Assembly (NCBI GenBank): GCA_021803945.1
Contig: JAJZKW010000005.1
Coordinates: forward strand, 7,716 to 55,335
Direction of reading: 5' to 3'
Source of the DNA: Candidatus Micrarchaeota archaeon
GTDB lineage: Archaea > Micrarchaeota > Micrarchaeia > Micrarchaeales > CABMGC01
Length of the DNA: 47,620 nucleotides
Shown in pieces: positions 32,542 through 41,274 of this stretch; position 1 is the first letter of the stretch, and each line of letters opens with the position of its first letter. A program made the translations under genes and the position numbers. The notes beneath the pieces are model-generated. The model was not told the origin of the DNA. It made no database searches and worked only from the letters and a program-made list of their open reading frames with translations.

Positions 32542-34545
32542 CTACTTTTTCCCCTTCCTGCTCAGCGCGTAGCCTGCCGCCGCTATCACGACCACTGCCG
32601 CTACAAACCACGGGATCCACCCTCCTGATGAAGCAGGAGTGCTGGTGCCCGAAGTAGCTATCGTAGTTGGCTGTATTGGCGGGATTACGTTTATAACCTG
32701 TACAAGGCTGCATACTGCCGGTACTGTGCCTATATCGCAAGCCTGAAGCGAACGCGTGCCTGCTGAGAGCCCTGCCGCATTGAATGTAGTCAGCTTTACT
32801 CCAGTGGCCACTACTGTTCCATTGACCAGTATGACTACCGGCCCAGATGACGTAGTCGTAGCATTTACCGTGTCCAGCTGCCCCGTCGTAGTGACGTTCG
32901 ATTCCACCGTCAAGGTCACTAGTGTAGGTGCAGAATTAATGACGACAGGCACTTTAGAGACTACCGGATCTGCGCATATTGTCAATATTGCCGTGTCTAT
33001 TCTTGGCGTGTACGAGATGTTGTCAAGCACAACCGAGTACGTGTAATTATTTATGGCCGTAAGTGCCTGGAACTGCCCCGGTATCAGTGTGTAGCGCGTA
33101 TTATTCAAGTTGCCAAGAGTGGTCTTTACGCTGATCCCTACGTTATAAGGATTTATGAAGTTCATAGTCACTGTTATGTTATTGTCTCCGTTGAGCAGAA
33201 GCTTCTGCGTTCCGCTCTGCGTGAAGTTCAGTATCTCGAAGCATGCTCCATTGCCCTGGCTTACAAGCGTAGGCTTGTAGTTCCCTCCTGCTCCTGTGCT
33301 GCCTCCACCGCTCTGCTGCACTCCTCCTCCCCCTCCTCCTCCACTGTTTGTCGTGCCGCTTGTCGTAGTGGTTGGAGCTACAGTTGTTGTCGTTGATACC
33401 GGTACTGGCACCGATGCGCCTGTGCCTGTGGTTCCTGCAAATGAGACTGCAGCCTGCGCCAGCGCCAGGCCATCCAATGTTGCTCCGGTATTTATCGAAA
33501 TCGAAGTAGATGATAATACTACTCCTGAGAGCTGGGTAGTAGTTCCAAGAGTCACTTGGCCTGCAACAGCCCAGTAGATGTTTTGAGCTTGGCAGCCTCC
33601 TGTCAGAACGACTGTGGCGCCGGAGTCCATGGTAAATGCGCCTGACATGTCAAAGATGTACGTCGCAGCGGAGTTGCCTCCGCAATCAAGAGTGAGAGTA
33701 GTTCCGGTTGGTATGATAACAGTGGCTTCACTAAATGTATAAAGGCCAGGAGCGAGAGTCAGTCCTCCAAGGCTGCCTGCGCCCTTATCGACAACTGGTG
33801 CCGGAGCGGTTGTGCCTTGCGTTTCAGTATATGCATTGGTCATGTCTGTTGTAGCTGTGGTCAGCATGGCTGGAGTCTTGCCTGCTCCTGCGCCGGTGCC
33901 TGTCATGTCCGCACCATATATCCTTCCTGTTACAAGAGGTGATGTAGCGTATTCTCCAGTTGGATCATTCACTAATGGCATTGATCCAAAGCCGGTGATA
34001 CCGCTTGTAGCTGCCGGGCTGATCCCAATATTCCCATCAACTCCAGATCCTGCCGTCGAGATGGCAGTTTCTGCTAGAACCGTGAAATTTCCTGCATCGT
34101 AAAGGGCAGGCAGCGCCGGATAAGTGCCGCTTCCTGCTACTCCATTCTTATCCACTCCCGGATTCATGGCTACTCCGGATGAGACCACAGTGAGAGTTCC
34201 TGTATTAGTAGAAGTTATGCTGTTTCCCCCGGAATCCAAGACGAATACGTTAGCCGCCTGTGTATCCCCTGCCATCCCGTTTACCGTGTATGCGAAGCTG
34301 TTTGACGTTCCAGACTGGAATCCCACCTGTACATTAGTTATTGTATTGAATACCAAGAAGTTGTATGTTGTATATGTCCCGCTCCCTCCAGTCGCCACAG
34401 CTCCGAACGTCACTACGTTGCCTGCGACTTGATTGGAAGGCAGCACCGGGGATGAGGATATCGTGACCGACAGCGCCGTAGCGTTAACCGCTCCGCTTAG
34501 GAACAAAGAGAATAAGAGCAGGCCCAACAGATTCTTGTATAACAT
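32542..34545 (-). CDS. surface-anchored ice-binding-like (DUF3494) protein
   Basis: Signal peptide; NFTVLAETAIS, GNIGISPAA, LGGLTLAPGLYTF, AQNIYWAVAG, TGATLDGLALAQAAV; Thr/Gly linker; C-terminal TM helix plus basic tail. Confidence 0.88.
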   Translation of the reverse strand: MLYKNLLGLLLFSLFLSGAVNATALSVTISSSPVLPSNQVAGNVVTFGAVATGGSGTYTTYNFLVFNTITNVQVGFQSGTSNSFAYTVNGMAGDTQAANVFVLDSGGNSITSTNTGTLTVVSSGVAMNPGVDKNGVAGSGTYPALPALYDAGNFTVLAETAISTAGSGVDGNIGISPAATSGITGFGSMPLVNDPTGEYATSPLVTGRIYGADMTGTGAGAGKTPAMLTTATTDMTNAYTETQGTTAPAPVVDKGAGSLGGLTLAPGLYTFSEATVIIPTGTTLTLDCGGNSAATYIFDMSGAFTMDSGATVVLTGGCQAQNIYWAVAGQVTLGTTTQLSGVVLSSTSISINTGATLDGLALAQAAVSFAGTTGTGASVPVPVSTTTTVAPTTTTSGTTNSGGGGGGGVQQSGGGSTGAGGNYKPTLVSQGNGACFEILNFTQSGTQKLLLNGDNNITVTMNFINPYNVGISVKTTLGNLNNTRYTLIPGQFQALTAINNYTYSVVLDNISYTPRIDTAILTICADPVVSKVPVVINSAPTLVTLTVESNVTTTGQLDTVNATTTSSGPVVILVNGTVVATGVKLTTFNAAGLSAGTRSLQACDIGTVPAVCSLVQVINVIPPIQPTTIATSGTSTPASSGGWIPWFVAAVVVIAAAGYALSRKGKK

Positions 34546-34575
34546 ATTATCAACAATATACTTAATTCAATCTAT

Positions 34576-34706
34576 TATATAATACTTTGCTATTTTAAAC
34601 TAAATTTTATTTTAGTAAAATTCTATTGATTTTAAAATAAACTTTATATCATTAAATCTAGAGTTTAAATATAAAGCCGTACCTTCTAAATCTAAAGTTT
34701 TATAAA
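34576..34706. promoter_or_regulatory. AT-rich divergent promoter region (DUF3494 operon / wHTH regulator)
   Basis: Minus-strand AAAGTATTATATA; plus-strand TATA-like elements preceded by TCTARAGT half-sites (34658, 34691). Confidence 0.6.
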
Positions 34707-34728
34707 TAGTAATTGCAAATTCACTAAC

Positions 34729-35028
34729 ATGGTAATTATAAAAGGATACCTGGAAATACTCCAGCTGGCCAACGGCAATGTCCCCAAATCCTTCAACGAC
34801 TTCACAACAATATCCATAAACGGAAAGCGCCTCAGCTCAGCGACTGTGTCAAAGCGCCTCGATCAGCTCATCTCCGTCGGCGCGCTGAAGGAGGTAATAA
34901 ACAGGTCCCACACCGGAAGGAGGATAATCGCCTACAGGACAACCGAAAGCGGCAAAAGGGTAATAGCTCTAGCCGCCGAGCTTAAAACCATGCTCACCGT
35001 ATCTACGGACAAGCACAAAGCGCACTGA
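34729..35028 (+). CDS. winged helix-turn-helix transcriptional regulator (HxlR/MarR-like), copy 1
   Basis: PKSFNDF, LSSATVSKRLDQL, wing YRTTESGKRV. Confidence 0.85.
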   Translation: MVIIKGYLEILQLANGNVPKSFNDFTTISINGKRLSSATVSKRLDQLISVGALKEVINRSHTGRRIIAYRTTESGKRVIALAAELKTMLTVSTDKHKAH

Positions 35029-35096
35029 CCGATGCCAACAGGCACGCCTGCGCCCATCACGCAGAATCAAACCGTCCACCACCAATAAACCTTATA

Positions 35097-35115
35097 TACT
35101 TTAGATTCTAAAGTA
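35097..35115. promoter_or_regulatory. perfect palindrome, candidate operator
   Basis: TACTTTAGA-T-TCTAAAGTA upstream of the TATA box of the second wHTH gene. Confidence 0.6.
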
Positions 35116-35164
35116 GTATAATAATAACTAAAGTATTATATACTTGAACGTATGATGTAATGTC

Positions 35165-35449
35165 ATGGCAATAACAAGAGGATACATGGAAATACTCCAG
35201 CTGTCCAACGACAATCCCAGGTCTTTCAGCGATTTTACAAAGATACCCATGAAAAAAGGCTTCCTCAGCTCAGCGACTGTGTCAAAGCGCCTCGATCAGC
35301 TCATCTCCGTCGGCGCGCTGAGGGAGATAATAATGAGGTCTAAGCACGGAAGGAGGATAATCGCCTACAGGACAACGGACAAAGGCAAAAGGGTAATAGC
35401 GATAGTGGTGCAGCTGGAAGAGATCCTTTCAACACCAGAAAAAAAATAA
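35165..35449 (+). CDS. winged helix-turn-helix transcriptional regulator, copy 2
   Basis: Paralog of 34729-35028 with an identical recognition helix. Confidence 0.85.
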   Translation: MAITRGYMEILQLSNDNPRSFSDFTKIPMKKGFLSSATVSKRLDQLISVGALREIIMRSKHGRRIIAYRTTDKGKRVIAIVVQLEEILSTPEKK

Positions 35450-35454
35450 AGCCA

Positions 35455-35481
35455 AAAACAAAGCCATGCCAGGGCTAGCCT
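35455..35481 (+). repeat. 27-bp direct repeat, left copy
   Basis: AAAACAAAGCCATGCCAGGGCTAGCCT, identical at 36998-37024. Confidence 0.9.
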
Positions 35482-35483
35482 AC

Positions 35484-36698
35484 TTATTTTATCATAGCGC
35501 CTGATTTCCCAGTTTTCCTCAATTCATCCAGCAAATCCTTTATATTAACTGCGCTTATCAGGCATCCCCCATATTTCGATATGCTGGGTCCGCCTTCGTA
35601 AAAAACCACGAATCCTTTTTTAGGTCTGTATGCCTCTATAAAAGATTGCAGGCTCCTTTCCACAAGATGCCTCTTATCCGCTTTAATCTTCACCTCTATC
35701 GGAATCGGCTCGCCGCCCCGTTGCACAACAAAATCCACTTCGGCATTGTTCTTAGACCGCCAATACCTCACCTCTTCCCCGTTTTTGACCAATTCCGAAA
35801 ACACGAAGTTTTCAAACAGTTTTCCTTTGGTTTCCGGGGGGATATGGAAAGAATTTGATATTGCACTGCGCATTCCAGTATCAACGAAATATAGCTTATG
35901 CTGCTTCACTATCTCTTTTAGTTTGTTCTTGTAAAAAGAAGGAACTCTGGCTATCAAGTAGCTTTTCTCCATCGCATCCATGTATTTCTTTACCGAGAGC
36001 GATGAGAGCCCTAGCGTACGCGATATCGCCTCGTATGATATCAGGCTTCCGACATTGTGAGAAAGATACTGTGCAAGTCGCTCTAGGGCCGCTCCATCCT
36101 CTATATTGAAGGTCCGTGCCACATCCTTGAGTATCATGAGTTGGTAAAGGTCCCTGAGTATAGATTCTTTGTTGGAATTATCGCTTTCCAACACGACCCT
36201 CGGGTATCCGCCATACATAATATGCCTATCTATTACTCTATTGAGGATGCTCGGTGTTACCTCCTTCTGGCCATCAGCATTAAGCACTTCGTTTATGGAG
36301 AACGGATAGAGTGTCAATACGGAGGCTCTTCCTACCAGCCACCCAAGCACTTCCTTGCCAAGCGCAACCTGTGATGATGACGTCACCCACAACCTTTTTC
36401 CTTTGTCTGCAAGATATTTCAGCTTGCTGCCAGGATCCTTCCCGTATTGTATTTCATCCAGCACAACAACATTATCGCCGGATAGGTACTGATTTTCGAA
36501 CCTCTTTATATCTACATCAAAAAGCTCTTTCACGTCAGGGTCATCAAAGCTTAAGTATTTCTCATAGTCATTCTTTGACTGCGCTTTAAGGAATGTAGTC
36601 TTGCCTGACTGCCTGGGCCCTACTACCACTACCACTCTGTTCAGTTTTGATGCCGTTAGGAAAGGCTGAGTTATCTCGCGTTCTACATACATGATCAT
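35484..36698 (-). CDS. AAA+ ATPase (AAA_14) with DUF4143 PD-(D/E)xK domain
   Basis: GPRQSGKTT, LDEIQ, GGYP, KLYFVDTG, FENFV, EVDFV...PIEVK. Confidence 0.92.
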   Translation of the reverse strand: MIMYVEREITQPFLTASKLNRVVVVVGPRQSGKTTFLKAQSKNDYEKYLSFDDPDVKELFDVDIKRFENQYLSGDNVVVLDEIQYGKDPGSKLKYLADKGKRLWVTSSSQVALGKEVLGWLVGRASVLTLYPFSINEVLNADGQKEVTPSILNRVIDRHIMYGGYPRVVLESDNSNKESILRDLYQLMILKDVARTFNIEDGAALERLAQYLSHNVGSLISYEAISRTLGLSSLSVKKYMDAMEKSYLIARVPSFYKNKLKEIVKQHKLYFVDTGMRSAISNSFHIPPETKGKLFENFVFSELVKNGEEVRYWRSKNNAEVDFVVQRGGEPIPIEVKIKADKRHLVERSLQSFIEAYRPKKGFVVFYEGGPSISKYGGCLISAVNIKDLLDELRKTGKSGAMIK

Positions 36699-36997
36699 TT
36701 AATGGAAAGCAACATACTTATACCTTTCTACTAAATATAAATTCAAGTTATTATTTAGTAAGGTTAAATAGTAACCCTGATTCGTATATAACAGCATATA
36801 TGGCCAACCTGGCTCAAATCCCAAGCAGCGACTGCTTTGGCAGGAGTTATATGTGACATCCTCCCAGGGTTTTACGCCCACATAGATAAGCCCACACCTT
36901 CAGCAGCAGTTTACGGAAAGCATCAGAGCGCAGATCATTTTCAGGGATAGATCGCAGCCAGAAGAAACCCCTTGGGCGCCAAATGCGGATGTTCTCT

Positions 36998-37024
36998 AAA
37001 ACAAAGCCATGCCAGGGCTAGCCT
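36998..37024 (+). repeat. 27-bp direct repeat, right copy (contains the stop codon of 37018-37482)
   Basis: Identical to 35455-35481. Confidence 0.9.
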
Positions 37025-37482
37025 CTCCTTGCGCCTTCGAGCGCTCCCTTCCGCCCGTCTTTCACATAAGCCACAAAAGCCGGGACTTTGGGATTGAACT
37101 CTGCATCAGCAAGCAAGCCTCCCTTCCTGACGTATGCATCAACTACAAATGCGAGCTCGTTCTCCCCAGGACAATGGAACGACTTGCTTCCCTCAGGCAG
37201 CGAATCGAACGTCTCCTTATCCACATCAGAAAATCTTCCGCCCTCCTCTATTTTCTTCCGCCCCTCGCTTGCAAGCCCCTTCTGCGCTGCACGGGCCCAT
37301 CCTTTCTTCCACAGCTCCTCCCTGAATTCTGGGCTTCTCCTGTACCACTCCGCGACCTCTTCAAAAGTGGCCTTCCTGTATCCTTTAGGCACTACGCTGT
37401 CCATCTTTGAAGCTGGAACTTTTTCCGATGACAGGTAAACACGCAACGCTCTCTGCCGTGCGTTTTTCAGCGCTTCCGCCAT
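37018..37482 (-). CDS. hypothetical protein, paralog of 38920-39471
   Basis: PKGYRKATFEEV and FVAYVK motifs; ATG at 37482 lies 38 nt after TTATATAT, so preferred over 37533. Confidence 0.7.
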   Translation of the reverse strand: MAEALKNARQRALRVYLSSEKVPASKMDSVVPKGYRKATFEEVAEWYRRSPEFREELWKKGWARAAQKGLASEGRKKIEEGGRFSDVDKETFDSLPEGSKSFHCPGENELAFVVDAYVRKGGLLADAEFNPKVPAFVAYVKDGRKGALEGARRG

Positions 37483-37548
37483 AATGGCACCAAGCATAAT
37501 GGATTTCTTGTGATATATAACTCCTCTCGCCATCCTTTTTAACCCCGT

Positions 37549-38889
37549 TTGCGTAATCCTCCTGTGCGAACTTCAAGCAGGGCGCTGATAAGCGTGCCTG
37601 CGGCCACGGCCGTGGGCCTTGGCGCAATAATAGGCGCAGGGATATTCGTGCTGAGCGGCAGCGCCATTGCCCTTGCCGGTTCAGATGCAATGATAGCGTT
37701 CGCGCTCGTCGGGTTCGTAGCCGTGCTTGTGGCCCTGGAGCTCGGAGAGCTCGGGTCGATCCTGCCGAAAGTTGAAGGCGCCTCGTACTCATACGTATAC
37801 AACGCGTTCGGGAGCGAGCTCGGCTTCATAACCGGCATAATCTTCTATTTCAGCTCGGCTACCGCCATCTCCGCAATATCCATAGGCTTCGGCTCCTATT
37901 TCGCTAACCTTCTGGGCTTCAGTCCAGGAACCCAAATATACTTCGCCATAATGCTCATAGCAATACTGGCAGCCCTGAACCTGATGGGCATAAAGAAGGC
38001 AGTGAATGCGGACTTCGCCCTTGTGCTGGTGAAGCTCGCAGCGCTCCTCGCATTCGTAGCCTTCGCTGCATATTTCGCGTTCGGCCTGGGCCATTTCAAC
38101 CCTTCAAACTTCGGGGTCGACGCAGCGCAGTCAGGCCTGGGGCCCATAGCCGCGGCTAGCATAGTGATATTCTTCGCGTATTCCGGGTTCCAGACGATAA
38201 GCACCCTGACATCGAAGATCAGGGGAGGCGCAAACGCAGCTGCCAGATCCATACTGCTCTCCGTAGTGCTGAGCCTTGCAGTATACATTGCCATAATCTT
38301 CGCGCTCCTTCTCCTTGTGCCGTCATCTGCCTATACTGTCTCATCGGCAGACCCGATCTCGCTTGCCCTCGACGCCTCCTCGGCCCCCTACGCGCTCAAG
38401 CTCGCCGTAGGGATAGGCGCGCTCATAGCGACTGCATCAGCCGCTCTTGCAATGTTCCTCAGGTCTTCAAGGATCGTATACCAGCTCGGGAAGGACGGCC
38501 TCCTGCCCAAAATACTGAGCAGGTACGATGTCAAGAGGGACATATCCCCAGACGCAGTGCTCGCCACTGCTGTCGTGGCAGCTATCGCCCTGTTTTCAGG
38601 AAACGTGTACGTCATAGCCTCGATATCGGTTTTCGGAGTGCTTTTCACGTATCTCATGTCCAGCTTTGCGCTTATCCACTTCAGGAGGATCAAGAAGCTT
38701 GGAAGCTTCATATCGCCCCTCTACCCATACCTCCCTGCTGTGGCCATAATCTCAGTGATAGCCTTCATGTACGGCCTGCCAAAGCAGTCGCTGCTCATAG
38801 GGACCATAATGGTGATAGGCCTCTTGCTAGTGTATTACTTCCTGAGCGAATACGAAGGCAAGAGGGTCGTCAAGGTCAGGCTGTTTTAG
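37549..38889 (+). CDS. APC-family amino acid permease
   Basis: GAIIGAGIF, GASYSY, FFAYSGF; about 12 TM helices. Confidence 0.92.
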   Translation: MRNPPVRTSSRALISVPAATAVGLGAIIGAGIFVLSGSAIALAGSDAMIAFALVGFVAVLVALELGELGSILPKVEGASYSYVYNAFGSELGFITGIIFYFSSATAISAISIGFGSYFANLLGFSPGTQIYFAIMLIAILAALNLMGIKKAVNADFALVLVKLAALLAFVAFAAYFAFGLGHFNPSNFGVDAAQSGLGPIAAASIVIFFAYSGFQTISTLTSKIRGGANAAARSILLSVVLSLAVYIAIIFALLLLVPSSAYTVSSADPISLALDASSAPYALKLAVGIGALIATASAALAMFLRSSRIVYQLGKDGLLPKILSRYDVKRDISPDAVLATAVVAAIALFSGNVYVIASISVFGVLFTYLMSSFALIHFRRIKKLGSFISPLYPYLPAVAIISVIAFMYGLPKQSLLIGTIMVIGLLLVYYFLSEYEGKRVVKVRLF

Positions 38890-38919
38890 CGAAGCATACG
38901 AACAATCGCCGCAATCCGT

Positions 38920-39471
38920 CTATTTCAATTCCGCTCCAGGCGATAGTATTAACTGCGGCGGAGGAAACGTTGCTGTACTATATAATCCAAATTCCTCCTT
39001 TTTACAATCTTCCGAGCCTTTTTCTATATAAGCAAAATGCAATTTTGTTTCTCTAGCCAAAACTGTATTTTCATACGCATCAATTTCCCCTTTTCCGTAG
39101 TTGATTAGCACATTTCTGCAAACCAACCCCAGCACAAATTCTCCTTGTCTGGTCCCTACAGCTACATTTAGATTCACAGGTACTCCGCTTATTTTGTCCG
39201 GTTTAGACTCAGGGATTTTTATCACAATCCACAAAGCCAACCCCTCTTGTAGCATCCTGTATACCAAATCTTTATTAGAAAGAACCTCTTCGAGCGTAGC
39301 TAAACGGAAGCCAGGTAGGGCCAAGCTCTTAGCTTCCTCAGCCGTTACCATATTTTCAGATACGAATACCGGTCTCGTTACCATCTTTTCAGATACGAAC
39401 ATCGGTCTCTTCTCTTTAGATAGAAATGACGGTCCAGGCGGTGGAATCACTCTTTCCGCAAATAGTGCCAT
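38920..39471 (-). CDS. hypothetical protein (orphan, AT-richer), paralog of 37018-37482
   Basis: VTAEEAK...PGFRLATLEEV and HFAYIEK motifs; TATA 30 nt upstream. Confidence 0.7.
   Translation of the reverse strand: MALFAERVIPPPGPSFLSKEKRPMFVSEKMVTRPVFVSENMVTAEEAKSLALPGFRLATLEEVLSNKDLVYRMLQEGLALWIVIKIPESKPDKISGVPVNLNVAVGTRQGEFVLGLVCRNVLINYGKGEIDAYENTVLARETKLHFAYIEKGSEDCKKEEFGLYSTATFPPPQLILSPGAELK
39343..39408. repeat. in-frame 33-bp tandem duplication
   Basis: Two units with 3 mismatches, encoding RPMFVSEKMVT / RPVFVSENMVT. Confidence 0.85.
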
Positions 39472-39546
39472 AACTATATTATCCCTTTTCTGATATATAA
39501 AGTTAGCTTCGGAACCAAAAACAGCGTGAAATCCTGTTGTTTTGGT
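39472..39546 (-). promoter_or_regulatory. promoter cassette: ACCAAAACAACA motif plus TATA (TTTATATA)
   Basis: Motif 45 nt upstream of TATA; post-TATA sequence resembles that upstream of gene 13953. Confidence 0.6.
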
Positions 39547-39792
39547 AAATCAGGGTGCTATTGAATCCTGAACCATGCAATCAAGCCTGCCCGATGGCAT
39601 AGCATTCACGGCGTTCGCCGCGTATAAAAAACATATTTAGCCACCCCGGCAGACTACAGCGAAGTATATCTATACGCCACAGAAGCCGCAGCTGCGGAAA
39701 TTAAGGAATTTTGCCACAAACCGTATCCAGAGCCCTTCCTTCGTGGAGTGCACAGTTCCCTGCCTGAGAATCTGGGCAGTTTTGGGAAGAGC

Positions 39793-41124
39793 CTACCTCC
39801 TTCCGCCGTACCCTCTGCCTACGTAGTTGAACCTTCCCCTGCGCTTCGAATCCCTGTGGTCCCGGTCTCCTCCCTGCGAATCGCTCCTCCTGTGGAAGTC
39901 CCTGCCTCCTCCCCGTCCTCTCCCTCCGCTTCGGAAGCCTCCTCCTCCACGCCCCCTGAAATCTCCTTCCCTCCTGCGCTCTGCGAACGGGAGCTCGACG
40001 TCCTTGAACTTGTTGATGTCAAGGTCTATGTGGTTCATCTTTATATTTGCAATTATCCTTGTGTCCTCCATCAGGCCCTTCTGGTCGAACCCGAAGAGCG
40101 TGAACGCCCTGCCGTCCTTGCCCATCCTAGCCGACCTCCCCACCCTGTGCGTGTACACCTTAGGGTCGTCAGGAGCATCGAAGTTTATTATGTCGCTTAT
40201 GTCGGGTATGTCCAGACCCCTCGACGCAAGGTTTGTCGATATCAGGAAATTAGCATGCGTCTTGAACGCCTGCAGTGAGGCCTCCCTCCTGGACTGCGTC
40301 AGCCCCCCGTGCATGACTATGGCACTGAACCCCTTCCCCTCAAGGAATCTGTGCACATACTCGGACTCCCTCTGCGTAGACGTGAATATTATGCATTTCT
40401 TGGGCTTGAACCTGTCTATGTATGCGAGCAGCGCCGAGAACTTCGTGCGCCCGTTCGCCATGTAGTAATAGTGGCTTATCGTGGTCACGGTGATCTCCTC
40501 TTCTGCACCGATCACCAGCCTGGCAGAGTCCTGCTTCATATGCCTCCTCGCTATCTGCTCTATCTCCCGCGGTATCGTGGCGGAGAACAGCAGCGTCTGC
40601 TTGTCCTTAGGCGCAAGAGACATTATCTGCTCTATGTCTTCGATGAATCCCATGTCAAGCATCAGGTCGGCTTCATCCAGCACGAATATCCTTATCCTGC
40701 TGAGGTTCAGCGATCCCCTGTCTACAAGGTCGAGTATCCTTCCAGGCGTGCCTATCACAATGTCAGTTCCCCTTGACAGGCTGTACATCTGCGCGTTTAT
40801 CGATGCCCCTCCGTATACCACAGTGGTCCTTATCCTGCTCCTGTGGCACAGTTTCTGGGCCACGGTACTAACTTGCAATGCGAGCTCCCTGGTCGGGGTT
40901 ATCACAAGCGCCTGAGGATGTCCCCTTGGCTCAGTGAGCTGGAGTATAGGTATAAGGAACGCTCCTGTCTTGCCACTCCCTGTCTTAGACCTGACTACCA
41001 GGTCCTTGTGCATCAGCACTATCGGTATTGCCCGCTCCTGCACCTCTGTCATGCTCTGGAAATTCATGAGCCTTATTGCCTCAAGCAACTCGGGCTTTAG
41101 ATTAAGCTCCTTAAATTCTTTCAA
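39793..41124 (-). CDS. DEAD-box RNA helicase with RGG-rich tail
   Basis: Q motif, KTGSGKT, PTRELA, TPGR, DEAD, SAT, RGLD, HRVGRSAR. Confidence 0.96.
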   Translation of the reverse strand: MKEFKELNLKPELLEAIRLMNFQSMTEVQERAIPIVLMHKDLVVRSKTGSGKTGAFLIPILQLTEPRGHPQALVITPTRELALQVSTVAQKLCHRSRIRTTVVYGGASINAQMYSLSRGTDIVIGTPGRILDLVDRGSLNLSRIRIFVLDEADLMLDMGFIEDIEQIMSLAPKDKQTLLFSATIPREIEQIARRHMKQDSARLVIGAEEEITVTTISHYYYMANGRTKFSALLAYIDRFKPKKCIIFTSTQRESEYVHRFLEGKGFSAIVMHGGLTQSRREASLQAFKTHANFLISTNLASRGLDIPDISDIINFDAPDDPKVYTHRVGRSARMGKDGRAFTLFGFDQKGLMEDTRIIANIKMNHIDLDINKFKDVELPFAERRREGDFRGRGGGGFRSGGRGRGGGRDFHRRSDSQGGDRDHRDSKRRGRFNYVGRGYGGRR

Positions 41125-41274
41125 TCAATCTACCTTATGTAAAAATACGTTAAAAGTATCAATATATATCTGTCATACGGGTTAAAATGGCTTTGGTTTC
41201 TCCAGGTAGCACGGCGAGGCGCCTTATGCGAAGCGTGTTTATGGCCACCCCGGCACAGATCCTGACCACGCCTT

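Noticed and set aside
36800-36835. T-loop-like GGCTCAAATCCC suggesting a tRNA remnant
   Set aside because: No T-stem or acceptor pairing and no cloverleaf
39550-39790. Long intergenic region as a possible SRP or RNase P RNA
   Set aside because: No SRP helix-8 or RNase P GAGGAAAGUCC signature recognised
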